Below the pieces are notes generated by a model. The model did not search any database, was not told where the DNA came from, and was given only the letters and a program-made list of their open reading frames with translations. The position numbers and the translations under genes were made by a program. Source: Clostridia bacterium (GTDB lineage Bacteria; Bacillota; Clostridia; UMGS1883; UMGS1540). Taken from it: a stretch of DNA of 64,000 nt. The stretch covers positions 8,931-72,930 of the forward strand of contig JAZSLT010000017.1 of assembly GCA_045535515.1 (NCBI GenBank), written 5' to 3'. Positions 1-7,893 of the stretch are shown piece after piece. Each line of letters opens with the position of its first letter. The first letter of the stretch is position 1.

Positions 1-240
1 AGTGAGAATGAACTGCTTGTTTACATAGTATAACATGGTAGGAGAGATTTGTCAATGATTTACGACTATTTTTTTACAAATTGTCATTATGCCAAAAAAA
101 GAAGGCAAGACGAAACAGACCGGTTGAACATTTTTTACATGCCGGTCTTACAGTTGTGCCTATAAATTTATATATAAATGTGAATAAGAGATTAAATTGT
201 TTTTTAGCATAAGTTTTTAAGAAGCTTTATCTGTTGTTTG

Positions 241-294
241 CCACATAATTTCAATAATGTGGAGGTTCTGTACCACATAATTTCAATTATGTGG
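241..294 (+). repeat. Two tandem copies of a 22-nt palindromic unit, CCACATAATTTCAAT[A/T]ATGTGG, 10 nt apart; the second is followed by a T-run
   Basis: Copies at 241-262 and 273-294 differ at one base. Each can fold as CCACAT/ATGTGG. TTTTTTT follows at 295-301, which looks like a plus-strand terminator. Alternatively these are recombinase or regulator binding sites downstream of the integrase gene. Confidence 0.6.
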
Positions 295-363
295 TTTTTT
301 TGTGGTTAAAATGTGTACAAGACTGCGAGCCATGATAGCGAATTTAATGCTTATGGGTTTTGT

Positions 364-1212
364 TTATAATCGCAACAGTCCTAATTCCTGTATTTGCCGG
401 CGATGCACATCGCCTGTTTCCATGGTGTAAATGCGGGTGGTATTGACGCTGGAATGGCCAAGAATATCTGCGAGCCTTACGATGTCTTTTTGCATACTGT
501 AATAGGTGCGTGCAAAAAGGTGACGGAGATTGTGCGGAAAAACCTTCGCTCTGGAAACGCCTGCATCTTCGCAAAGCGCCTTCATCATTTTCCATATTGT
601 GCTTCTGTCAAGCGGTTTACCTGTTTTAGTAATGAAAACGGGGCCGCTCTTTATTTTTTGTCCGCCTGCATATTCCAGCAGCATCCGGCAAAGCTCCTTT
701 GGCAAAATACAGATGCGCATTTTTCCCTTGCAGTTGATTTCTGCCTTTCCCGTTTTAAGGCTTTCCACCGTTATAAAGGATAACTCCGAAACTCTTATGC
801 CGCTGGCGCAAATCGTCTGCATAAGGTAATACAGCCTTTCGTTCTTCTTCGATTTAGCAGCGTCCAGCAATCTTCCGTACTCGGCTCTTGAAAGCTCCCT
901 CTCGTTTTGTGCAAAAATCTGTTTCTGGATTTTCAGCATTTTGACCTTTAATTCGTACCAATGGGCAAAGTCGAAAAAGCTGTTGAGCGAAGAAAGCACG
1001 GAGTTTACGGAGGCCGGTGCCAGTTTTTCTGTCAGCTGCTCCTTGTAGAGAAGCACCGTCCTCTTATCCATTTTCTGTCCGCCGCTCCATTCGGAAAATG
1101 CCGTAATGTCTCGTATATACTTCTCCCGTGTTGCCGTTGCTTTTTCCTCGTCAATTAAATAATTTTTAAATTTTCCAATGAGTTCTCTGTCGATAATTTT
1201 TGGTTTCGTCAT
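364..1212 (-). CDS. Tyrosine site-specific recombinase / phage-type integrase
   Basis: ORF 364-1284. The C-terminal catalytic region carries GIRVSEL, HNLRHLFAR and LGHSSVNTTRIY (R..HxxR..Y pattern). Start moved to the ATG at 1212, which is preceded by AGGAAG. Confidence 0.85.
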   Translation of the reverse strand: MTKPKIIDRELIGKFKNYLIDEEKATATREKYIRDITAFSEWSGGQKMDKRTVLLYKEQLTEKLAPASVNSVLSSLNSFFDFAHWYELKVKMLKIQKQIFAQNERELSRAEYGRLLDAAKSKKNERLYYLMQTICASGIRVSELSFITVESLKTGKAEINCKGKMRICILPKELCRMLLEYAGGQKIKSGPVFITKTGKPLDRSTIWKMMKALCEDAGVSRAKVFPHNLRHLFARTYYSMQKDIVRLADILGHSSVNTTRIYTMETGDVHRRQIQELGLLRL

Positions 1213-1418
1213 TTTAACAACTTCCTTTCTTTTGTTATAGTAGTATCCTACCTTAAGCATAATAATATTCTTTGAAGCTGTCAATAATTTACGGCTAAAA
1301 GTTACTTTTCACTAAAACTATTTGGACATTGCATCGCCCTTCCTTTTATATTTGTATATTGTATCGTCTTTTGATTGTACCATAAAATAACAGATAGTCA
1401 ACTGTTTTATTTATTTTA

Positions 1419-1447
1419 TTGACGAATTTTGTATTTTATTGTAGAAT
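1419..1447 (+). promoter_or_regulatory. Sigma-A-type promoter for the XRE/ImmA genes
   Basis: TTGACG (1419-1424), 17-nt spacer, TAGAAT (1442-1447), about 25 nt upstream of the ORF start. Confidence 0.5.
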
Positions 1448-1469
1448 ATATGTAAGGAAGTGATGCGCT

Positions 1470-1904
1470 TTGAATATGTATAAGGACTTAATTCGTAAAA
1501 GGATAAAGGAAAAATTCGGTACGATTGAAAATTTCGCAAAATATATGGCCATCCCCCGCACAACCATTAATTTTATTTTGAAAAATGGCGTGCATACCTC
1601 AAACTATGGTATGGTAAGCAAAATTTTAAAGGTGCTGGACATTTATCCGATGGATGGCCAGCCTGTTATTGTAGATGACGGCGTGCTGAATTTTATAAAA
1701 ATGTATAATGCACTGGATGATAGGGGGAAGCATACTGTTACCGCCGTAGCGGAAACAGAATACAGACGCGTCCATCCTGATGCTTTGGAAAATGCCATTA
1801 TCGCGGCCTATGCCGGTATTACTGCCGGTAAGCCTCTCACAAATGATGAAAAATTGATTTTAGATTTAGTGGAAAAGATAAAAAAGGATGCCCATGAAAA
1901 ATAA
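1470..1904 (+). CDS. XRE-family helix-turn-helix transcriptional regulator (element repressor candidate)
   Basis: 144-aa ORF with an N-terminal HTH-like segment (ENFAKYMAIPRTTINFILKNG). It overlaps the downstream ImmA-like gene. The start may be TTG at 1470 or ATG at 1476. Confidence 0.65.
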   Translation: MNMYKDLIRKRIKEKFGTIENFAKYMAIPRTTINFILKNGVHTSNYGMVSKILKVLDIYPMDGQPVIVDDGVLNFIKMYNALDDRGKHTVTAVAETEYRRVHPDALENAIIAAYAGITAGKPLTNDEKLILDLVEKIKKDAHEK

Positions 1905-2613
1905 TCTATCCAAGCAAACGGCGCATGCAATATTACGGCAAAATAAACTTTTCGCATTAACGGATTGCAGAGATTTACAGCGCATTGTTGCGTTTTATGG
2001 CTTTACCGTTATTGCCTACAAAAAATACAATAATTCCGAAAATATATCTGCCCTTATACAAAAACTGGGTATTGAAAAGGAAATTGAGCAGAACAACTCG
2101 TTTTTATATATAACGAGCACTCTGAAGCTTTTATTTATAAACGAGGATGTTTCCGACGAGGACAAGTGCGCCCTTTTGCGCCATGAGCTGGGACATATTT
2201 TGGACCCCTTTTTTATCAGCAGCGACACACTTTATTCGAAAATAAAAAAAGAAGAATTCGCAAACGAATTCTCCTTCTACTGCAAAAAGCCCGGCAAAGT
2301 CTTTATGCTGGAAATTTTTATGATAAAAAAATGGAAATGGTTGATAGGATTACCGGCGCTGATGGCATGTATAACCGGATTATTTATTATGCTTTCATCC
2401 CCTGCAGAAAGGCCGGCAAGCATTCAAACCATAGATACCACCCCGCACGAAAATTCTGATGCTATATATTACATAACATCAGGCGGAAAAAAATATCATC
2501 AAAGCTTTTGTATTATCGTGCGCTACCGAAATAATGTGACAGAATGTACAATGTATGAGGCGGCTTCGGCCGGATACAAGCCATGCTCCCTCTGTATAGG
2601 GGCGGAACAATAA
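1888..2613 (+). CDS. ImmA/IrrE-like zinc metallopeptidase fused to a TM segment and a Cys-rich C-terminal domain
   Basis: HELGH (HExxH) motif, a hydrophobic segment WLIGLPALMACITGLFIMLSS, and a C-terminal GGKKYH-x4-C...GYKPCSLC motif (Ada-like zinc-binding pattern). Confidence 0.6.
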   Translation: MPMKNNLSKQTAHAILRQNKLFALTDCRDLQRIVAFYGFTVIAYKKYNNSENISALIQKLGIEKEIEQNNSFLYITSTLKLLFINEDVSDEDKCALLRHELGHILDPFFISSDTLYSKIKKEEFANEFSFYCKKPGKVFMLEIFMIKKWKWLIGLPALMACITGLFIMLSSPAERPASIQTIDTTPHENSDAIYYITSGGKKYHQSFCIIVRYRNNVTECTMYEAASAGYKPCSLCIGAEQ

Positions 2614-2664
2614 AATGGTATACTTTCGCACACGAAAGAGAGCTTAACATAGAATGAGAGGGTG

Positions 2665-2844
2665 ATGGATGTGGCATTTGTCCCGAAAGAAACAAGGAAA
2701 AAAGTTAAAGCCGGATATAAAACGCTGTATATTACCGACGAGCTGGCTGAAAAATTGAATGCTCTTGCAAAAAAGCATGATACAAGCTTTAATAATATTG
2801 TCATAAGCATAATTGAGGACTTCTTTAAAGAAAATAAAGAATAG
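2665..2844 (+). CDS. Small ribbon-helix-helix (CopG/Arc-like) protein, putative
   Basis: About 59 aa. YITDELAEKLNALAKKHDTSFNNIVISIIEDFF fits a beta-strand plus two helices RHH pattern. A strong terminator follows. Confidence 0.4.
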   Translation: MDVAFVPKETRKKVKAGYKTLYITDELAEKLNALAKKHDTSFNNIVISIIEDFFKENKE

Positions 2845-2856
2845 GCTAAAATCAGG

Positions 2857-2889
2857 AAAAGCGGGTGCCCGATGGGTACCCGCTTTTTT
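2857..2889 (+). terminator. Intrinsic terminator
   Basis: GCGGGTGCCC-GAT-GGGTACCCGC hairpin (2861-2883) followed by TTTTTT. Confidence 0.8.
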
Positions 2890-3014
2890 GATGCCCGCGA
2901 TATGTCGCAAAAGAAAAACGATTTTCCGGCGTTGGAGAGATACTCTGCGTCGGCGAACATTTTTCTTTCAGAAAAATGTGAAATAAAATTTGCCCTTTCA
3001 TATTGCGTAGCCAT

Positions 3015-3075
3015 ATTTCATACACGAAGTGTATTTCATAGCGAAGCTATTTCACTTGCCGCAGGCAAATTTCAT
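3015..3075. repeat. Array of ATTTCA[T/C] heptamers alternating with mini-hairpins
   Basis: ATTTCAT at 3015, 3033 and 3069; ATTTCAC at 3049. They are separated by ACAC-GAA-GTGT, AGC-GAA-GCT and TTGCC-GCA-GGCAA. Confidence 0.7.
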
Positions 3076-3077
3076 TG

Positions 3078-3109
3078 AAAAAAGACTATTCCGAAGAATA
3101 GTCTTTTTT
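3078..3109 (-). terminator. Intrinsic terminator downstream of the tRNA-Ser genes
   Basis: AGACTATTC-CGAA-GAATAGTCT hairpin flanked by A6/T6 runs, so it could work in either direction. It directly abuts the tRNA 3' end. Confidence 0.8.
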
Positions 3110-3110
3110 C

Positions 3111-3202
3111 TGGCGGAGAAGGAGAGATTCGAACTCTCGCACCAGTTTCCCAGCCTACTCCCTTAGCAGGGGAGCCCCTTCGACCTACTTGGGTACTTCT
3201 CC
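3111..3202 (-). tRNA. tRNA-Ser (anticodon GCU)
   Basis: The reverse complement reads GGAGAAGTACCCAAGT...CTGCTAA...long variable arm...GGTTCGAATCTCTCCTTCTCCGCCA. It has a class II variable arm and an encoded CCA. Confidence 0.9.
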
Positions 3203-3224
3203 ATATTCTGTTTTGTTCCCGCCA

Positions 3225-3264
3225 CTCCTGCAAAGGGAAATGGCGAAGTGAAGCTTTGCAGGAG
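3225..3264 (-). other. Inter-tRNA spacer hairpin (probable processing structure)
   Basis: 11-bp perfect inverted repeat CTCCTGCAAAG / CTTTGCAGGAG with an 18-nt loop, between the two tRNA-Ser genes. Confidence 0.4.
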
Positions 3265-3272
3265 ATGGAATT

Positions 3273-3359
3273 TGGCGGAGAAGGTGGGATTCGAACCCAC
3301 GGCTCTTTCGAGTCACCGGTTTTCAAGACCGGCTCCTTAAACCGCTCGGACACCTCTCC
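3273..3359 (-). tRNA. tRNA-Ser (anticodon UGA)
   Basis: The reverse complement reads GGAGAGGTGTCCGAGCGGTTTAAGGAGCCGGTCTTGAAAACCGGT...GGTTCGAATCCCACCTTCTCCGCCA, with a long variable arm and an encoded CCA. Confidence 0.9.
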
Positions 3360-3375
3360 CTGCAGGAACAGAGTT

Positions 3376-3404
3376 ATTATAACAAAAAAACGGCGGAGTG
3401 TCAA
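3376..3404 (-). promoter_or_regulatory. Consensus sigma-A promoter for the tRNA-Ser pair
   Basis: On the minus strand: TTGACA (3399-3404), 17 nt, TATAAT (3376-3381), about 17 nt upstream of the first tRNA. Confidence 0.75.
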
Positions 3405-3514
3405 CTGTTTTTTCAAAAAATATCATTTTTGTTTTTACCGCCGGCAAAGGGTTTATGTGCCGCCGCATTTTCCTACCGAAAATGCGGCGGCCTTCTATTA
3501 AATACGAAACCGCT

Positions 3515-4069
3515 TCAGCGGGAGGCAAGATATGCCTCGCGTCCCTTTTCGTACAGATTCGTTCCCTCGCTGTCGATGATAACCACAAGGGGCATATCCT
3601 CGACATAGAGCTTTCGGAGCGCCTCCGCACCCAAATCCTCGTAGGCAATCAGCTCGGCGCTTTTAATGCACTTTGCCAAAAGGGCACCGGCACCGCCGAT
3701 GGCGCCGAAGTACACGCCGCTATACTTCTTCATCGCATCAATAACCTCGGGCAATCGTGCGCCCTTTCCAATCATGCCTCTGGCGCCGACGCGCATCATC
3801 GTAGGGGCGTACGCATCCATTCTTCCGCTGGTGGTGGGACCGGCAGAGCCGATGACCTGTCCCGGCTTTGCGGGAGTGGGGCCTACATAGTAAATCGTGG
3901 CATCCTTCGGGTCAAAGGGCAGCTCCTCGCCTCTCTCAAGTGCCTCGCACATTCTTTTGTGGCCGGCATCGCGCGAGGTGTAGATGGTGCCTGTCAGGAG
4001 AACCTCTTCACCGGCTTTTAAGGTTTTGGCAAGCGCTTCGGTGAGCGGCAATTTGATTTTTCTGGCCAT
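3515..4069 (-). CDS. Class-I (Fe-S) fumarate hydratase / tartrate dehydratase, beta (C-terminal domain) subunit
   Basis: 184 aa. IYTSRDAGHKRM, GPTTSGRMD and GKGAR motifs are typical of the Fe-S hydro-lyase beta subunit. The start is 1 nt from the alpha-subunit stop. Confidence 0.85.
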   Translation of the reverse strand: MARKIKLPLTEALAKTLKAGEEVLLTGTIYTSRDAGHKRMCEALERGEELPFDPKDATIYYVGPTPAKPGQVIGSAGPTTSGRMDAYAPTMMRVGARGMIGKGARLPEVIDAMKKYSGVYFGAIGGAGALLAKCIKSAELIAYEDLGAEALRKLYVEDMPLVVIIDSEGTNLYEKGREAYLASR

Positions 4070-4070
4070 A

Positions 4071-4913
4071 TTAAAGCACCTCCGATTTATGCCGCGTTAC
4101 ATGGCAGTTAATATTGATGGCGCAGGGCATTCCTGCGATATGGGTAGGCATCGTTTCAATATTCAGGCCAATAGCCGTTGTCCGGCCGCCAAAGCCCTGC
4201 GGTCCGATGCCCATCTGGTTGATTTTTTCCAGCATTTCCTTTTCCAAATCCGCATAATAGGGGTCGGGGTGTTCGGAATCGACAGGACGCATGAGCGCCT
4301 TTTTAGCGAGAAGCGCCGCCTTGTCAAAGGTGCCGCCGATGCCAACGCCCACCACCATCGGCGGACAGGGGTTCGGGCCGGCAAGTTCTACCGTCTCGAG
4401 AATAAAGTTTTTAATGCCTTCAATGCCGTGAGAAGGCTTGAACATACAAATACGGCTCATATTTTCGCTGCCGAAGCCTTTGGGGCCTACGGTGATTTTC
4501 ACATTTTCGCCCGGCACAATTTCCGTATAAATCATGGCCGGTGTATTGTCGCCCGTGTTGCCGCGGCGCACAGGGTCCTTCACAACGGATTTTCTAAGAT
4601 ACCCCTTATCATAGCCGCGCCGCACGCCCTCGTGGATTGCCTCCGAGAGGTCACCCCCCACAAAATGTACATCCTGCCCGATTTCGAGGAACACGCAAGC
4701 CATGCCGGTATCCTGACAAATCGGGACATTTTCATTGTCGGCAATTTCAAAGTTTGTGATGATATTGTCCAAAACGCCTCTGGCTATCTCGCCGTCCTCA
4801 CAGGCACGGCAGGTGCGGATAGCACACTTTACATCCTCAGGCAAATGCGTATTGGCCTCAATGCAAAGCTTTTCTACCGTATCGGTAACCAGAGCCACAT
4901 TTATTTCACGCAT
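4071..4913 (-). CDS. Class-I (Fe-S) fumarate hydratase, alpha (N-terminal domain) subunit
   Basis: 280 aa. PICQDTGMA and the later GFGGR segment are typical of the Fe-S hydro-lyase alpha subunit. AAGGAG ribosome-binding site. Confidence 0.85.
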   Translation of the reverse strand: MREINVALVTDTVEKLCIEANTHLPEDVKCAIRTCRACEDGEIARGVLDNIITNFEIADNENVPICQDTGMACVFLEIGQDVHFVGGDLSEAIHEGVRRGYDKGYLRKSVVKDPVRRGNTGDNTPAMIYTEIVPGENVKITVGPKGFGSENMSRICMFKPSHGIEGIKNFILETVELAGPNPCPPMVVGVGIGGTFDKAALLAKKALMRPVDSEHPDPYYADLEKEMLEKINQMGIGPQGFGGRTTAIGLNIETMPTHIAGMPCAININCHVTRHKSEVL

Positions 4914-4925
4914 GGGTTTTCTCCT

Positions 4926-6197
4926 TTACTTAAATAAGATAATTAAAAACTGGGAAACCAGCACAACGGCAATCAAAGCGATGGGATAAGTCGCCGCGTA
5001 GGCAGCCGCCACCTCTTCTGTGCCGGCCGTATTGATAAGGGTACCGAGCGCCGGGGTGCTTGTCATACCGCCGGTAATGGAGCCGAGATTATTGAGAAGG
5101 CTTAATTTCAGTACATATTTTGCGAAAAGATAGCCGACAATCATGGGCACAATCGTCATAATGACGCCGTATACGAAGTACATCGGGTCAAAGGTTTCCA
5201 CAAATTTGGCACCGCCCGGAATGCCTGCCCCTATAAGAAACAGCATAAGACCTAATTCGCGGAACACCTTGAGGGTGGATTCCTGGGGCATAATGCTGAT
5301 GCGCCCCACTCTGCCAAAATGACCGAATACAAGCGCTAAGAGAAGGCAGCCGCCCGTAGTCGTGAGCGAAAAGGCTGTACCTTTGATGCCTTCCCCGGCC
5401 GCGAGAGAGGCATAGCCTGCACCGGTAAGCGGAATTTTAATCATCCCCACAATGACGCCGATAATGGCAGCCAAAGCGAAAGCACCAAAGCCGAAGCCGT
5501 CCAGATGGATCAGCTTTCCGGTATATGCCTTCTTCTGTCCGCCGTCGGAAACAGCCGTAAGCTTTGCTCTTTCCTCTTCCATGTTGGCTTTTGTAAATTT
5601 CGGGATGAGCTGTACAAAAAGAACAACGCCCAAAACACCAAATATGTAGGCAATACCGTGCCCTACGGAAACCAGACTTTCGAGGGCGGGATTTACCGTG
5701 TCCTTTGCCGCCGAGAACGCAGGCGTGGAGGTGAGGGAGCCGGAGAGGAGGCCCACTATCATAGCCGTAAAGCCTTCGCGCGTTTCAATAGCGCTGCCAT
5801 AACCCAGTACCTCGCCAAGATAAATACAGCCGACTGCGGAAAGACCGCCGGCCAAAATGATGAGAAGGCCCAAAAGGACATAGGACTTAAAGTTTTTCTT
5901 CATATTGCTGAAAAACTTGGGTCCTGCAATAAAACCTACCGAGGTAACAAATAAAACAAGTCCGAGGCTTTCAATAATCTTCAGCGCTTTATCGGTATAG
6001 GCGGGGAGCTGCCCTTCAAGCTGCGGATAGAAAAAGCAACCGAAAAGAAGCGCTACAATAAATACGCCGGCCGTACCCAGATTTACGCCTTTAACCGTAA
6101 TGCGACCAAGCGAATACCCAAGCGCTGCAATAACGAATACGCAAAACATCAGAAATGTAATTCCGGTGACAGGAATTACGCCGCCAAATAATGTCAT
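4926..6197 (-). CDS. AAE-family (Asp-Al_Ex duplicated permease domain) transporter without RCK-C domains; putative C4-dicarboxylate transporter
   Basis: 423 aa, polytopic, with two homologous halves (LFVTSVGFIAGPKFF / LFLIGAGIPGGAKFV). No TrkA-C-like cytoplasmic insert was recognised. Confidence 0.6.
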   Translation of the reverse strand: MTLFGGVIPVTGITFLMFCVFVIAALGYSLGRITVKGVNLGTAGVFIVALLFGCFFYPQLEGQLPAYTDKALKIIESLGLVLFVTSVGFIAGPKFFSNMKKNFKSYVLLGLLIILAGGLSAVGCIYLGEVLGYGSAIETREGFTAMIVGLLSGSLTSTPAFSAAKDTVNPALESLVSVGHGIAYIFGVLGVVLFVQLIPKFTKANMEEERAKLTAVSDGGQKKAYTGKLIHLDGFGFGAFALAAIIGVIVGMIKIPLTGAGYASLAAGEGIKGTAFSLTTTGGCLLLALVFGHFGRVGRISIMPQESTLKVFRELGLMLFLIGAGIPGGAKFVETFDPMYFVYGVIMTIVPMIVGYLFAKYVLKLSLLNNLGSITGGMTSTPALGTLINTAGTEEVAAAYAATYPIALIAVVLVSQFLIILFK

Positions 6198-6280
6198 AAT
6201 CCTACTTTCCTTTCCAAATCAATTACACACCGCAGGGCGAAAGCATGCCTTATGCCTTCGCCCTCCGCTTTATTCCTCTA

Positions 6281-7879
6281 TTATCTCTCGTGACGGGCAT
6301 ACTGCGGCAGGAGCAAGGGGGAAACCCCTTCTTCCGCAAGGTTTGCCTTTTCAAGTTCCTTCGCATACGCCGCAACATGGTCGAGATTCATCTTGCCGAG
6401 GGTAATGTCCTTTGCACGCGAAGATGCCGCCTTACCGGCATTTCTGCCGAATACGATAATATCAAGAAGGGAATTACCCATCAGCCGGTTTCTGCCGTGA
6501 ATACCGCCAACCGCCTCGCCGGCTACCAGGAGATTGGGGATGGCTTTTGTAAAGCCGTCGCCCCCGATTTCCAGACCGCCGTTTTGGTAATGCAGCGTGG
6601 GATATACGAGAATGGGGAGCTTTCGCATATCAATACCGTAGTTTAAGTACATACGGTGCATCGCCGGAATTCTCTTTTCAATCGTACCCTCGCCGCCAAT
6701 CATTTCAATCATCGGCGTATCCAGCCAGACGCCGCTGCCAAGGGGCGTGTCTACGCCGCGTCCTTCGGCACATTCGCGGATAATGGCAGATGCCGAAACA
6801 TCGCGCGTTTCAAGAGGATGGGCGTACGCTACGCCATCGCGGTTTACCAGCATCGCGCCGAGCGAGCGCACCTTCTCGGTAACGAGTGCGCCGAAAATCT
6901 GCGAGGGGTACGCAACGCCTGTGGGATGATACTGAATGGTATCCTGATAAAGAAGCGGTGCACCGGCGCGGTAGCCGAGAATCAGACCATCGGCCGTGGC
7001 GCCGTAGTGATTGGAGGTGGGGAAATTCTGGTAATGGAGTCTGCCGGCGCCGCCGGTTGCGATAATAACAGTTTTCGCGCGCGCGACGAGATAATCCTCC
7101 GTTTCCATGTTCATAAGCACAGCACCTGCCACCTGTCCCTTATCATCCTTGATAAGCTCCACCGCGGAGGTAAATTCCACAACGGGGATGGCGCGGTTTA
7201 TGACTTCATCGCGAAGGGTGCGCATGATTTCTGCGCCGGAATAGTCCTTACAGGCGTGCATTCTCTTTCTGGAGGTGCCGCCGCCATGCGTCGTAACCAT
7301 ACGGCCGTCCTCGTCCTTATCAAACATAACGCCAAGGGCATTGAGCCAGCGAATGGCATCGGGCGCTTCCATAACAAGACGGCGCAGAAGCTCGGGGCGT
7401 GCCGCAAAGTGGCCGCCGCCAAAAGCATCGAGGTAATGCTGGACGGGAGAATCGTTCTCCTTATCCGCCGCCTGAATACCGCCCTCGGCCATCATGGTAT
7501 TGGCATCGCCGATGCGAAGCTTTGTTACAATCATAACCTTCGCGCCTGCCTCGTGAGCCTCAATGGCCGCCGCAGAGCCGGCACCGCCACCGCCGATAAC
7601 GAGGACATCCACATCGTAATCGACCTTATCCAAATCAATTTTTTCGTTTAAAAGGCGGCTGTTGGAATGAAGAAGCTGCCCAAGCTCTCTCGGCACCTTC
7701 TGCCCTTTATTCGGGCCGATACCTATAGTCGTAAAGCCGTCCTCACGATAGTCGGGATGAAAGGCCCTAAGGAGCGCATCTTTTTCATCTGCCGTCATTC
7801 TGCGCGGCTCGGTGCCCATACGGGCGGCGCGCGTAGCTTCTACCTTCTTGATAGATTCGAGCATTTCTGCTGTAAACAT
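6281..7879 (-). CDS. FrdA/SdhA-superfamily FAD flavoprotein (soluble fumarate reductase-like)
   Basis: 532 aa with VLVIGGGGAGSAAA dinucleotide fold, HPTG, and GRNRLMGNSLLD. It has an N-terminal extension of about 90 residues before the FAD fold. Confidence 0.7.
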   Translation of the reverse strand: MFTAEMLESIKKVEATRAARMGTEPRRMTADEKDALLRAFHPDYREDGFTTIGIGPNKGQKVPRELGQLLHSNSRLLNEKIDLDKVDYDVDVLVIGGGGAGSAAAIEAHEAGAKVMIVTKLRIGDANTMMAEGGIQAADKENDSPVQHYLDAFGGGHFAARPELLRRLVMEAPDAIRWLNALGVMFDKDEDGRMVTTHGGGTSRKRMHACKDYSGAEIMRTLRDEVINRAIPVVEFTSAVELIKDDKGQVAGAVLMNMETEDYLVARAKTVIIATGGAGRLHYQNFPTSNHYGATADGLILGYRAGAPLLYQDTIQYHPTGVAYPSQIFGALVTEKVRSLGAMLVNRDGVAYAHPLETRDVSASAIIRECAEGRGVDTPLGSGVWLDTPMIEMIGGEGTIEKRIPAMHRMYLNYGIDMRKLPILVYPTLHYQNGGLEIGGDGFTKAIPNLLVAGEAVGGIHGRNRLMGNSLLDIIVFGRNAGKAASSRAKDITLGKMNLDHVAAYAKELEKANLAEEGVSPLLLPQYARHER

Positions 7880-7893
7880 AGCCTTCTCCCTCC

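Larger units (their letters stand above)
1..3110. mobile_element. Remnant or small integrative element (tyrosine integrase, XRE repressor, ImmA-like protease, RHH protein) lying on the 3' side of tRNA-Ser(GCU)
   Basis: Integrase plus XRE/ImmA pair next to a tRNA 3' end. The region is visibly more AT-rich than the rest of the window (not computed). Degenerate tRNA-Ser 3'-end-like fragments occur at 40-49 and 2925-2950. The left boundary may lie outside the window. Confidence 0.45.

Noticed and set aside
3459-3491. The 13-bp GC-rich hairpin GCCGCCGCATTTT / AAAATGCGGCGGC after the fumarase beta gene, as an intrinsic terminator.
   Set aside because: The hairpin is strong but has no U-run on the minus strand, so it was not listed as a confident terminator. 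It may still pause or terminate transcription, or stabilise the mRNA 3' end.
3072-3648. ORFs 3072-3416 (-), 3256-3501 (+) and 3337-3648 (-) across the tRNA region.
   Set aside because: They overlap two well-formed tRNA-Ser genes, their promoter and their terminator. They have no ribosome-binding site and no protein-like composition.
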